DNA of 64,000 bases from an uncultured Gammaproteobacteria bacterium (GTDB lineage Bacteria; Patescibacteriota; Microgenomatia; Levybacterales; UBA12049): the NCBI GenBank assembly GCA_964603935.1, contig CAZRWL010000002.1:9210-73209 (forward strand), written 5' to 3'. The notes below the pieces were generated by a model. The model was given only the letters and a program-made list of their open reading frames with translations, had not been told where the DNA came from and did not search any database. The translations under genes and the position numbers were made by a program. Positions 50,696-59,578 of the stretch are shown here, in pieces (position 1 is the stretch's first letter; the number at the start of each line of letters is the position of its first letter).

Positions 50696-52373
50696 TTATT
50701 CGTTGGGAGGAACACCGTAGTAGGAAAGAAGGTCTTTTGCAATATCGAAAAATAAAGGAGCTGCGGTTTCTGCTGCGTAAATCGAAGTTGTTGGTTTGTT
50801 CAAGATTACAAGCATTATGAATTTGGGCTTTTCTGCCGGCGCGTAACCTATAAATGAAGTTATCGTATTTGTCGGATCATAATGTCCGGCAACAGGAATC
50901 GATGCTGTACCTGTTTTACCCGCAATCCTATAACCTTTAAGCCTCGCCCATTGAGCCTCTCCTTTCTCAAGCATTTACCAAAATTTCCGTCATGACTTTC
51001 GCTGTTTTACTCGTTACAGGAGTCCCTTTAATTTTTACAGGTATTTTGGACACTTCTCTATTCTCATTTTCAAAAGCAGACACAACATGAGGCTCTAATA
51101 TTTTCCCGTTATTTGCAAGAGCCGAAAAAGCAGTTAATAGCTCTATCGGGGTAACAGAAACTCCCTGTCCAAAACCGGTAGTTGCCAAATCAACAGGATA
51201 CCAGGTGTTTTTGGACTTAAGAGGCGGAGCAATTTCTCCTTGCAAGTCAATACCCGTAGCATTACCTATTCCAAAACGAGTAAGGTATGAAATCATCCTG
51301 TCTACTCCGAGTTTTTGCGCAACATATACCATTCCCGTATTATCCGAATGCTGGATGACCTCAATCATATTTGTATCTTTATAATATTTGTCATTCCATG
51401 TATGCAAACTATAATCTCCAATAATTATCGGTCTGCCGCAAATATTGCATTTGGTTTGCGGTGTAATAAGACCTGCGTCCAAGGCAGAAGCCATTATAAT
51501 AGGCTTGAGAGTTGAACCCGGCTCATAGGCATCAACAATGAATGGATTCTTATACAAGCTTTGGTCATACTCCCAATATTTTTCAGGAGCAAAGGAGGGT
51601 AAAGAAACCATTGCGAGAATATTTCCCGTTGCCGGCTCCATAATCCCAATCATTCCGCCTAACGCCCCGTATTTTTCTATTCCTTCTTTTAGTTTTTTCT
51701 CCGCTAAAAACTGTATTGACCTATCTACGCTTAAAACCAAATTGTTTCCATTTGATCCGCTTAAGTTTTCTCTCCTCTTGGACAAAATGGGCCTTCCCAG
51801 GGCATCGTGCAATTCTACAACATGTCCTTCCTTACCCCTTAAAAGCCTGTCGTAATATCCTTCAATTCCAACGCTACCCCTACTCTCTCCTTCTTCATTT
51901 TTTCCAACAAAACCTATTAAATGCGCAGCTGTGGATGCTTCCGGATAAAGACGCGTAAACCGTTCTTCAAATCCCATGCCGGGAAGATTCATTTTCTCTA
52001 TTTCTTCCTTTGTAAAAGCATCTATTCCAGACTTTACAGGAACCCACAATTTATTAGATGAGAGCAAGGAACTTACAGAAGCAATATCTATATCAAGAAG
52101 AGATGAAAGCAAGCTGATTGTTTTGTTTTTATTTTTTACTTCTGCTGGATTGGCAAACAAAAGGTAAGATATTTTATTTGTTACTATCGGAAATCCGTCG
52201 GATGTTTTTATTTCTCCTCTTTTTGGCAAAATTTTTAAAACTCCGCTATACTGCAACTTGGCCAATTCGGAAAGCATTTCCGCCTTAACAACTTGCCAAT
52301 AGAATAAACGGCCTATCACGCAAACGAAAAATATTATAAAGATTGCAAAAACGAAGGGATAACGCCATTTCAT
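50696..52373 (-). pseudogene. ftsI: Class B PBP FtsI/PBP3 split by a frameshift near 50970
   Basis: ORF 50967-52373 carries the dimerisation domain, STLK (SxxK) and SDN (SxN). ORF 50696-50974 carries AGKTGTA in another frame. Could be an assembly error. Confidence 0.8.
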
Positions 52374-52657
52374 CGTTTAACAGCCAGCGATACTGATGTT
52401 TTAAGAACCATTAATGGAGAATCTTCCTTAACAAAGCCCAACTCTACTGCTTTGTTCGCTATATAAGTAAGAGAAGAGAAGGTTAGGAGTTTTTCGGACA
52501 GAATAGCGTTTTGTGTTTCATAGTAATCTACTTTATCTTCAAGTTTACCTACAAATACGCCTGACGTTGACAGCCTATTGTAGGCTACTGATTTAACAAC
52601 AGAAAGAACAATGGTTAAACCTATTAAAAATAGTATTAATAAATACGGCTTTTTCAT
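52370..52657 (-). CDS. FtsL-like protein
   Basis: Single TM, coiled coil, A.ELG motif; located between rsmH and ftsI. Confidence 0.7.
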   Translation of the reverse strand: MKKPYLLILFLIGLTIVLSVVKSVAYNRLSTSGVFVGKLEDKVDYYETQNAILSEKLLTFSSLTYIANKAVELGFVKEDSPLMVLKTSVSLAVKR

Positions 52658-52666
52658 AAGTATGAC

Positions 52667-53542
52667 TTAAGCCTTCTCAAAAATTCTCAATTTAGCGCTT
52701 CTTGCCCTGTTATTTGCCGCTAATTCGTAAGCGCTTGGAACAATTGGTTTTTCCGTAACAATTTTTCCCATTTTTCTACTCTCAAATTCCAAAAATTTTC
52801 TTTTAACAATCCTGTCTTCCAATGAATGAAATGAAATGACGCATAATCTTCCGTTCTCTTCCAAGAGCTCCACAGCTTTTGGTAAAGCTTCCATAATTGC
52901 ATTTAACTCATCGTTTACCGCAATTCTCAACGCCTGAAAGACTTTCTTACTTTGCCCTGCTATTGAGAAAGCTATTTTAGCCAAATCCGTTGTCGTTTCA
53001 ATAGGCTTCACGCTACGGGCCCTGACAATAGCGTTACTAATGGCCCAAGCATGAGTCTCTTCACCAAATTTAGTAAATATCTCACAAAGCTCTCCTTTCG
53101 TTAATATCTTTATTAAATCAAGGGCCCTAACTCCCAGCTTCTGATCCATTCGCATATCCAGCGGGCCCTCACTCTGGAAACTGAATCCGCGCGCAGATTC
53201 ATCTATTTGATGACCGGACACACCAAGGTCAAAAATTATTCCAGCCACTTTATCAAAGTTATTTAAACGTGCAATTTTATCTATATCTCTAAAATTTACT
53301 CTGGCTAAAGTCAAATTCCCTTCCTCAACATTCAACCTTCTACTTTCTACCTTCCATCTTCCGTTTACAAATCCAATCGCATCCTCATCAACATCTATTC
53401 CCAAAACAATTCCTCCCAATCTCAAAATTCCAACCCCATGTCCTCCTCCCCCAAGCGTTGCGTCAATATACTTATTGCCTTTTTTAACTCTCAATCCCTC
53501 TATTATTTCTTTTAAAAGTACAGGCTTATGATAATCACTCAT
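52667..53542 (-). CDS. rsmH: 16S rRNA C1402 methyltransferase
   Basis: HKPVLL, DATLGGGGH, DLGVS, PLDMRM, FHSLEDR, RARSAKLR. Confidence 0.97.
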   Translation of the reverse strand: MSDYHKPVLLKEIIEGLRVKKGNKYIDATLGGGGHGVGILRLGGIVLGIDVDEDAIGFVNGRWKVESRRLNVEEGNLTLARVNFRDIDKIARLNNFDKVAGIIFDLGVSGHQIDESARGFSFQSEGPLDMRMDQKLGVRALDLIKILTKGELCEIFTKFGEETHAWAISNAIVRARSVKPIETTTDLAKIAFSIAGQSKKVFQALRIAVNDELNAIMEALPKAVELLEENGRLCVISFHSLEDRIVKRKFLEFESRKMGKIVTEKPIVPSAYELAANNRARSAKLRIFEKA

Positions 53543-53981
53543 GCTTTATCTTTTGTTCTTTATTAATCAGCTTATCTGAAATCTTATCAATGTTTTTTTC
53601 AAGATCAAGTCTGTATGCTTCCCAATTTTCTTTGTCCCACATCTCAACGTATCGCGACAATCCTAAGAATACAACTTCTGTTTTAATTTTTGCAAAACGT
53701 CGCAAGTAGTCAGGTATAATAAACCTTCCCTTAGAATCAAGCTCGACGAATGTTGCCCCTCCAAGAAGGTAACGTTGAGTCTCACGGGCAGGTTTCTCAA
53801 TAAACGGTCTGCCTTCTGTTCCTTCCAAAAGAGCCTTCCATCCTTCTTCCGATACGACAATGAGTGAATTTTCATATCCCAAAGTTACAATTAGTTTACT
53901 GCCAACAATTTCTCTTAATTTTTTGGGGAAAGCCACTCTGCTTTTTTCTCCGACTTTCCCCTCGTATTGTCCAAGTAACAT
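53535..53981 (-). CDS. mraZ: Transcriptional regulator MraZ
   Basis: MLLGQY, DSKGRFIIP, VEMW; first gene of dcw. True start at ATG 53981. Confidence 0.93.
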   Translation of the reverse strand: MLLGQYEGKVGEKSRVAFPKKLREIVGSKLIVTLGYENSLIVVSEEGWKALLEGTEGRPFIEKPARETQRYLLGGATFVELDSKGRFIIPDYLRRFAKIKTEVVFLGLSRYVEMWDKENWEAYRLDLEKNIDKISDKLINKEQKIKHE

Positions 53982-53987
53982 ATCCTG

Positions 53988-54012
53988 CCCACCTTTTCCC
54001 ACTTTATCCCAC
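53988..54012 (-). promoter_or_regulatory. MraZ-binding direct repeats (3x GTGGG, 10-nt period)
   Basis: GTGGGATAAA-GTGGGAAAAG-GTGGG immediately upstream of mraZ; TTGACA at 54044-54049. Confidence 0.85.
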
Positions 54013-54111
54013 TTATTATCATTTTGAGCCATTTTAAGCCTGATGTCAAGAGGAAAATGACCATAATAGCGTACTGTAAAACAAAAAAACGCAAGATGTA
54101 GTTGTTAGAAG

Positions 54112-54570
54112 TTAAATCTCGAGGGATTTTTCTACTTGAGACGTTGTTCCGTCTGTTTTTACAACTTTTAGAATTAATTTTATATTAGAGATATCCTGAT
54201 CATAATGACAAACATCCGAGCAGGTACCAAGATCTATCTCTCTTTTCACCATCTGGCCTAACTGCTCTGCATCAATGGTTCCGTTAACTCCCCTGTCAAT
54301 ATTTCCTTTTGAGGTATAGGATAACTCGTAATCTATTCCCGATATGTCTTTTGTATTGATAATTTCAAAAATCACTTTTTTCTTATCTGCGGTTTGCGTT
54401 AAGCTTAAACCTATTGCTTCGGGCTTAATTATGGACACCTTCTCCTCGCTGGGCGCTTGTTCGGCTTGAACAGGAACTGGTTTTTTATTGGATGAGATAA
54501 TAAAAATTCCCCCGCCGATCAAAATAATTACGGCAATCGCTAAAAATGCAATTAATTTCTTATTCTTCAT
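54112..54570 (-). CDS. Hypothetical membrane-anchored protein
   Basis: N-terminal TM, beta-rich domain with LGTCSDVCHYD. Confidence 0.7.
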   Translation of the reverse strand: MKNKKLIAFLAIAVIILIGGGIFIISSNKKPVPVQAEQAPSEEKVSIIKPEAIGLSLTQTADKKKVIFEIINTKDISGIDYELSYTSKGNIDRGVNGTIDAEQLGQMVKREIDLGTCSDVCHYDQDISNIKLILKVVKTDGTTSQVEKSLEI

Positions 54571-54619
54571 TAGCTACTTTAATTCTATCAATCTGGAGGT
54601 ATTTGTCAATAGAAGATTC

Positions 54620-54943
54620 TTATTTTGATCCATAAGTTTTTGGACCAATTATGGGGTTTTCCCTCGTTATTTGAATATCTTGCGTTCTGACTAAGCTAAG
54701 AAACTGAGATCCTAAATCAGTAAGCTGCTTTGGATCTATGTTATTTTCTTCACACAAAGCTTTAATCTCAGATCGAATCTCTTTGAGTCTTGACTCAGTG
54801 CACTCTCTCCTAGGATTAAGCACTTCGTTGTGCATTATCAAAACAGTCTGAATACAGCTACCCTTTCTTGTCAAATGCACAGTGCCCTGCAATTCAAATA
54901 CATCCTCTGGCCTTAATCTTGTCTGCGCTTCATGTGTTTGCAT
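54620..54943 (-). CDS. Hypothetical protein
   Basis: 107-aa ORF with upstream TTGACA-17-TACCAT; no recognisable motif. Confidence 0.5.
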   Translation of the reverse strand: MQTHEAQTRLRPEDVFELQGTVHLTRKGSCIQTVLIMHNEVLNPRRECTESRLKEIRSEIKALCEENNIDPKQLTDLGSQFLSLVRTQDIQITRENPIIGPKTYGSK

Positions 54944-55011
54944 CTGACAATTTATCTAAACCAATTTCATGGTATACAAAAGCGAATTTTGTGTCAATAC
55001 AGCAAATTATA

Positions 55012-56319
55012 TCAAATTAATTTTTTGTGAATACTAGAAGCTATATCTTTTATTTTTATTCTTTCTTGCTTCATAGTGTCTCTATCACGAATAGTAACCG
55101 TACCATCTTCCAATGTTTGAAAATCAACAGTCACGCAAAATGGTGTACCAACTTCATCTTGGGCAAAGTATCTTTTTCCGATATTTCCCCTTCCATCATA
55201 AACTGTTGCAAAATTCTTTCTTAACTCCTGATAAATTGTTTTTGCCTTTTCAACAAGTTCCGGCTTATTTGCAAGAAGCGGAAAAACTGCTGCTTTGTAT
55301 GGAGCGAGCTTGGGATGAAGCCTAAGTACAATTCTTTTTTCCTCTTCGCAATATGAATCAAGAAGAAATACCAGCATTGCGCGGCCTACACCAACAGATG
55401 GTTCTATAACATAAGGTAAATATCTTTTCTGTGTTACTTCATCAAAATACGAAAGGTCTTTTCCGGAATATTTTGAATGTTGGAATAAATCATAATCTCC
55501 CCTATTCGCAATCCCTTCAAGCTCTCCAAAATCCATAAATGGCCACTTGTACCAGATTTCCGAGGTTCCCTTTGAATAATGAGCCAGATCTTCTTTTGGT
55601 AAATCAATTATTTTTATATTTTCTTTTTTTATTCCTAAAGATAAATACCATTCTAATCTTTCTTTTTTCCAATACTCATGCCATTTTACACCTTCATCGG
55701 GTTTTACAAAAAACTCAAGCTCCATCATTTCAAACTCCCGAACTCTAAACAAAAAATTACCGGTTGTGATTTCATTTCTAAAACCCTTTCCGATTTGCGC
55801 GATTCCAAAGGGAATATTAATCCTTGTTGAGTCTAAAACGTTTTTGAAATTTATAAAAATTCCCTGCGCAGTTTCAGGACGAAGATAGGTTTTGTTTTCC
55901 TCATTATCAATCGGCCCGACATACGTTTTAAACATCAGATTAAATTGTTTTGTATCTGTCCATGAAGATTCCTTATGCTGCTGTCCATGGATTTTAATTT
56001 CTTCTTTATGATCGGCCCTAAACCTCTGATGACAAATCCTACACTCAACCAAAGGATCGGTAAAGGAGGTTATGTGGCCTGATGCTTCCCATACTTTAGT
56101 GCTATGTAGTACTGAAGAATCAAGGGGAACTATATCGTCGCGGGAACTCACAATGCTTTTCCACCATTCATCTTTTATATTATTAGCAAGCCGTACCCCC
56201 AAAGGACCTAAATCCCACGTGCCACTTAATCCTCCGTAGATTTCAGACCCTGGGAATATAAAACCCCGCCTTTTGCACAGAGCCGTAATCTTATCCATCA
56301 AATTCGAAGATGAATCCAT
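55012..56319 (-). CDS. glyS: Glycyl-tRNA synthetase, alpha2 (homodimeric) type
   Basis: KRRGFIFPGSEIYGG, LRPETAQG, FRNEIT, IEPSVG, QDEVGTP. Confidence 0.95.
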   Translation of the reverse strand: MDSSSNLMDKITALCKRRGFIFPGSEIYGGLSGTWDLGPLGVRLANNIKDEWWKSIVSSRDDIVPLDSSVLHSTKVWEASGHITSFTDPLVECRICHQRFRADHKEEIKIHGQQHKESSWTDTKQFNLMFKTYVGPIDNEENKTYLRPETAQGIFINFKNVLDSTRINIPFGIAQIGKGFRNEITTGNFLFRVREFEMMELEFFVKPDEGVKWHEYWKKERLEWYLSLGIKKENIKIIDLPKEDLAHYSKGTSEIWYKWPFMDFGELEGIANRGDYDLFQHSKYSGKDLSYFDEVTQKRYLPYVIEPSVGVGRAMLVFLLDSYCEEEKRIVLRLHPKLAPYKAAVFPLLANKPELVEKAKTIYQELRKNFATVYDGRGNIGKRYFAQDEVGTPFCVTVDFQTLEDGTVTIRDRDTMKQERIKIKDIASSIHKKLI

Positions 56320-56366
56320 TATCTAAATTATATCACAAAAAATTTTAAACAATTTTCCTTCAAATC

Positions 56367-56406
56367 ATCCACCCTTCGGGTGGATTACATTGGCACATCT
56401 CCTTTT
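56367..56406. repeat. REP-like hairpin element, left copy of a 40-bp inverted repeat
   Basis: ATCCACC-CTTCG-GGTGGAT hairpin; 35/40 match to the reverse complement of 57105-57144. Confidence 0.85.
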
Positions 56407-57082
56407 AATCATCTATTGCTAGGTGCTCTATTTGCTCAAGCTCTTTCATGTAGCCCACTTGATCCATAACAAACTGCCTATATTTCTCTTTCGATGAAAA
56501 CATATCTAAAACTAGTTTTTTATCTGCAACATCATTGAAAGAATTTCCCACATATTCAGGATAGGATGACCACTGATAATCTTCCAACTGTTCCGGTTTT
56601 ATCAAAAATGATGACACTGGATTTAAATGTATATATCTTGATACATGCATTAGCTGCTCGTCCGATTCGACTCTGACTGCCTTAAATGGACCTTGAAATA
56701 AAGAGCCAACCCGTTCATGCTTGGTATTAAAATACTTTGTATAGCTATTGGTAAAATTAGCTGCAAAAATTGAAACTCCATTTTCCCTTATCTGTTTGAC
56801 TAAGAAATGGAAATGGTTAGGCATCAAACAATAGCAAAGAATCTCTACTAATTTTTGGTTTTCGCCATGGATTTTTTTAACGAACTCCATTCTTTCAGAT
56901 TCGGGAAGCACCATAAACTTAGATAATTTAAGAGGTAAATTTGCAAACCTATAAAAATCAAGCGTTCTTATTCCCCTATCCAATTCCCTTTTATCTGTAA
57001 AAGTAGGTCTTTTCTCAACTCCACGATTAAAGATATGGTAAACTTCGCCGTTTGCAAAAATGCATTTCCTATTAGTAGGCAT
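56405..57082 (-). mobile_element. REP-associated tyrosine transposase (RAYT, Y1/HUH IS200-like), intact
   Basis: MP.NR, YHIFNRG, CLMPNHFH (HUH), GSLFQGPFKA, RYIHLNP (Tyr), WSSY. Confidence 0.9.
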
Positions 57083-57104
57083 ATCTAATTCTAGATTACA
57101 GAAA

Positions 57105-57144
57105 AAAAGGAGATGTGTCAAGCTAAACCACCCGAAGGGTGAAT
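57105..57144. repeat. REP-like element, right copy of the 40-bp inverted repeat
   Basis: AAAAGGAGATGTGTCAAGCTAAACCACCCGAAGGGTGAAT; contains a minus-strand TTGACA. Confidence 0.85.
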
Positions 57145-57707
57145 ATGAACAATTTTTATTGACTATGGATTTTTATCGTAAAAATCCACTGCCGGCAAAG
57201 CTTTCGGACTTCAAAAGAGGAATGGAAAAAGCTAAAAAGATCGAAAATCAAATTAATTTAGTAGAAATTTATTGTTACTGTTTAATGCCCAATCATTTTC
57301 ATTTCTTGTTAAGGCAAAACGCAGATGGTGGCATAACAAACTTCTTAAGAAAATTCGCAAATAGTTATACCAGATATTTTAATACAAAGTACGATCGCAT
57401 TGGACCTCTTTTTCAGGGCACATTTAAGGCTAAACTTATTGAAAATGATGCATATTTATTGCAGGTATCAAAGTATATTCATCGAAACCCCTTAAAGTTA
57501 AGTAACTGCATGTTACGTTCTTACCCTTATTCCTCATACAGCTATTACTTATCTGAAGATAAACATCCTTTCTGTAATGCGGAATTTATTTTATCTTATT
57601 TTTCAAGAACTATTCCCAACTTAAGCTACCAATCATTCGTAGAAGAAACTGAAATTGAAAGTCCAGAAATTTATAGCCTGCTTATAGATCCTGACGAAGA
57701 AGAGTAA
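57141..57707 (+). pseudogene. Second RAYT-like Y1 transposase, N-terminally truncated
   Basis: CLMPNHFH, GPLFQGTFKA, KYIHRNP, YSSY are present, but the YH..NRG N-terminus is missing; homology begins at the right-hand repeat. Confidence 0.8.
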
Positions 57708-57731
57708 ATTTTCTATGTTTTGCGTTCGTGC

Positions 57732-57769
57732 TCCCACATGGAATGTGGGAAACTAAATGTGGGAAACTA
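57732..57769. repeat. REP-like hairpin with 14-bp tandem duplication
   Basis: TCCCACAT-GGA-ATGTGGGA hairpin; AATGTGGGAAACTA repeated twice. Confidence 0.7.
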
Positions 57770-57793
57770 CGAGAATAGCTATATAAACGCAAT

Positions 57794-58486
57794 TCACTCA
57801 TATCCTATACTGCGAAGGTAAGCTCCCACAACTCTTTCCCGCCTATAAATAAGTCCGTTGTGCGTCTTGAGAAGAAATATACCCGTATTGTAACGAGGGG
57901 GTAACTCTCTAACAAGGAATTTACCCGCAGCTATTGTGAAAGGAGCATCCTGATTCATGGTAAAAATTATTTTATCAGTAAAACTTCGCTTATGAATCTT
58001 ATGCGCTAAAAATAACGCTTTTAGAGGGTTCTTTGGTCGCATTTTTAACGCATCAAAAAAAGACCCTTCCGCTCTACAAACATAATCAACAGGAACTATA
58101 TGGTAATGTTGTCCTCGGATTTTTGTAACTCTATGTAGCTCAACTATTGTTCGCTCCAAGTCATCGATATGTTCTAAAGCATGAATAGATACTACTTTAT
58201 CAAAAGTATCGTTTGCAAAGGGGAGATTTTCAGCATTTGCAATAGCTACTTTAGCATTTGGGCTCCTTAATTGCGCTGAATTTACTGCTTGCGGATCATT
58301 ATCAACTCCATACACGTGTGGAGTGAATTGAGAAAGGTAGGAGAGAAATTCTCCATTTCCTACTCCAATTTCCAATACTTTATCGCTTGGTTTAATTTGC
58401 AAACGTCTATCAAACCTTTCGTAAATTGTTCTAGGAATTCTCCTACTTTGCGCTTCCGCATAAGATTTATCTCTTAGAATTTCCAT
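57794..58486 (-). CDS. Class I SAM-dependent methyltransferase
   Basis: VLEIGVGNG, AENLPF..TFD, HALEH. Confidence 0.8.
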   Translation of the reverse strand: MEILRDKSYAEAQSRRIPRTIYERFDRRLQIKPSDKVLEIGVGNGEFLSYLSQFTPHVYGVDNDPQAVNSAQLRSPNAKVAIANAENLPFANDTFDKVVSIHALEHIDDLERTIVELHRVTKIRGQHYHIVPVDYVCRAEGSFFDALKMRPKNPLKALFLAHKIHKRSFTDKIIFTMNQDAPFTIAAGKFLVRELPPRYNTGIFLLKTHNGLIYRRERVVGAYLRSIGYE

Positions 58487-58588
58487 AGTGGAAGTTTATC
58501 AAAAACATCTTTGGTTTACCACTATCAAGACAAAAAATATCCTCAAAAATGATTGACTTACTGAAGAAATCTGTACTAGACTTAAATA

Positions 58589-59041
58589 ATGAAACAGAAG
58601 AATAAAAAACTCGAACAACTTAAATTTCTTTATCTTTTCGTTTTTGTTTTAGGAGGAATTATTATTGCCCCAACACACCTTTTCCCTCAGCCTTACTTTA
58701 TGTACGCAAGGTTCCCCCATTATCTGGAAATGATGAAACCTTTTATGGGAATCTCATGGCCCCTCTCTTTTGAGATATATCATTACATACTTTTGCTGCT
58801 GGCAATTATTGGAAGTCTTAATGCTTTGGGAGTTATTTTTTATCCCAAATTTAACAAAGCCGTAATCGCATCTTCTTTAATTGGGTTATTCTTAATTTCA
58901 GCAATAGTTTTATTTTTCTTCCTTCAATTCATAAGCGTTAATGCTTTGACTGCTGTTATTTTTGGCCTTTATTCTTTGCTTCTTTTAATCGTAGATGCAT
59001 TGACTTTTCAAACTTTTATTGCTGAGCAAAAAGAGGCATGA
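58589..59041 (+). CDS. Hypothetical 4-TM membrane protein
   Basis: Four hydrophobic segments; TTGACT-18-TAGACT promoter 7 nt before the ATG. Confidence 0.7.
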   Translation: MKQKNKKLEQLKFLYLFVFVLGGIIIAPTHLFPQPYFMYARFPHYLEMMKPFMGISWPLSFEIYHYILLLLAIIGSLNALGVIFYPKFNKAVIASSLIGLFLISAIVLFFFLQFISVNALTAVIFGLYSLLLLIVDALTFQTFIAEQKEA

Positions 59042-59570
59042 CGCGGGCAGTCTTAAGATTTCTCTCTAACAGTCTTTCCATAACTGTTCGTGAATCTTGT
59101 GTCTGTAAAAGCTTTGCTTCAGACCAGAATCCAAGCTCCGATAAAAGATTTTTCTCAAAATTCCCAATAATACTTTTTAAATCAGAGTATTTAGCAATAT
59201 CTAAGAAAACAGATTTCAAAAGCAGGAACACACTCCTATTTTCCTGATTGTCCGGACACAAGCCATTTATTAACTCGCAGATATAATATGCATATCCAAT
59301 CTTATGAAGATCGCTTTTGACCCCGGAGAAATCTTCAAGGGTTTGAGCTTGTGTAACTATAGGCATGAAAATTTTGGAACTCCCATAAAGAGTAAGCTGG
59401 GAAAGATTCAATAATTCAACGTGCGCAGATCTCCGGCTTGGTATACGCCTGACACCCGGGGCTTTAATTGATATTTTTCCAAACTCTTTACTTAATATTG
59501 TTAAAATCCTATCCGCCTCACCTAAATTTCTGCGTTTCAAAACAATTCCTTCTGTGTTATAAGTTCTCAT
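59016..59570 (-). CDS. recO: DNA repair protein RecO (short, no Zn finger)
   Basis: EGIVLKRRNLGEADRILT, GKI...APGVR, ELL..LG. Confidence 0.9.
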   Translation of the reverse strand: MRTYNTEGIVLKRRNLGEADRILTILSKEFGKISIKAPGVRRIPSRRSAHVELLNLSQLTLYGSSKIFMPIVTQAQTLEDFSGVKSDLHKIGYAYYICELINGLCPDNQENRSVFLLLKSVFLDIAKYSDLKSIIGNFEKNLLSELGFWSEAKLLQTQDSRTVMERLLERNLKTARVMPLFAQQ

Positions 59571-59578
59571 TCTAATTA

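Noticed and set aside
50967-50969. TGA read-through (genetic code 25) as the explanation for split ftsI
   Set aside because: The downstream half is in a different frame, and TGA is used as a normal stop elsewhere (e.g. ATGA overlaps).
53982-54032. Apparent 17-aa N-terminal extension of MraZ (MAQNDNKWDKVGKGGQD)
   Set aside because: It is the translated GTGGG operator repeats; the canonical start is at 53981.
57060-57140. ORF-track N-terminus of the second transposase, suggesting an intact gene overlapping the first
   Set aside because: This segment is the first RAYT's start, promoter and REP read on the other strand; it has no transposase motif.
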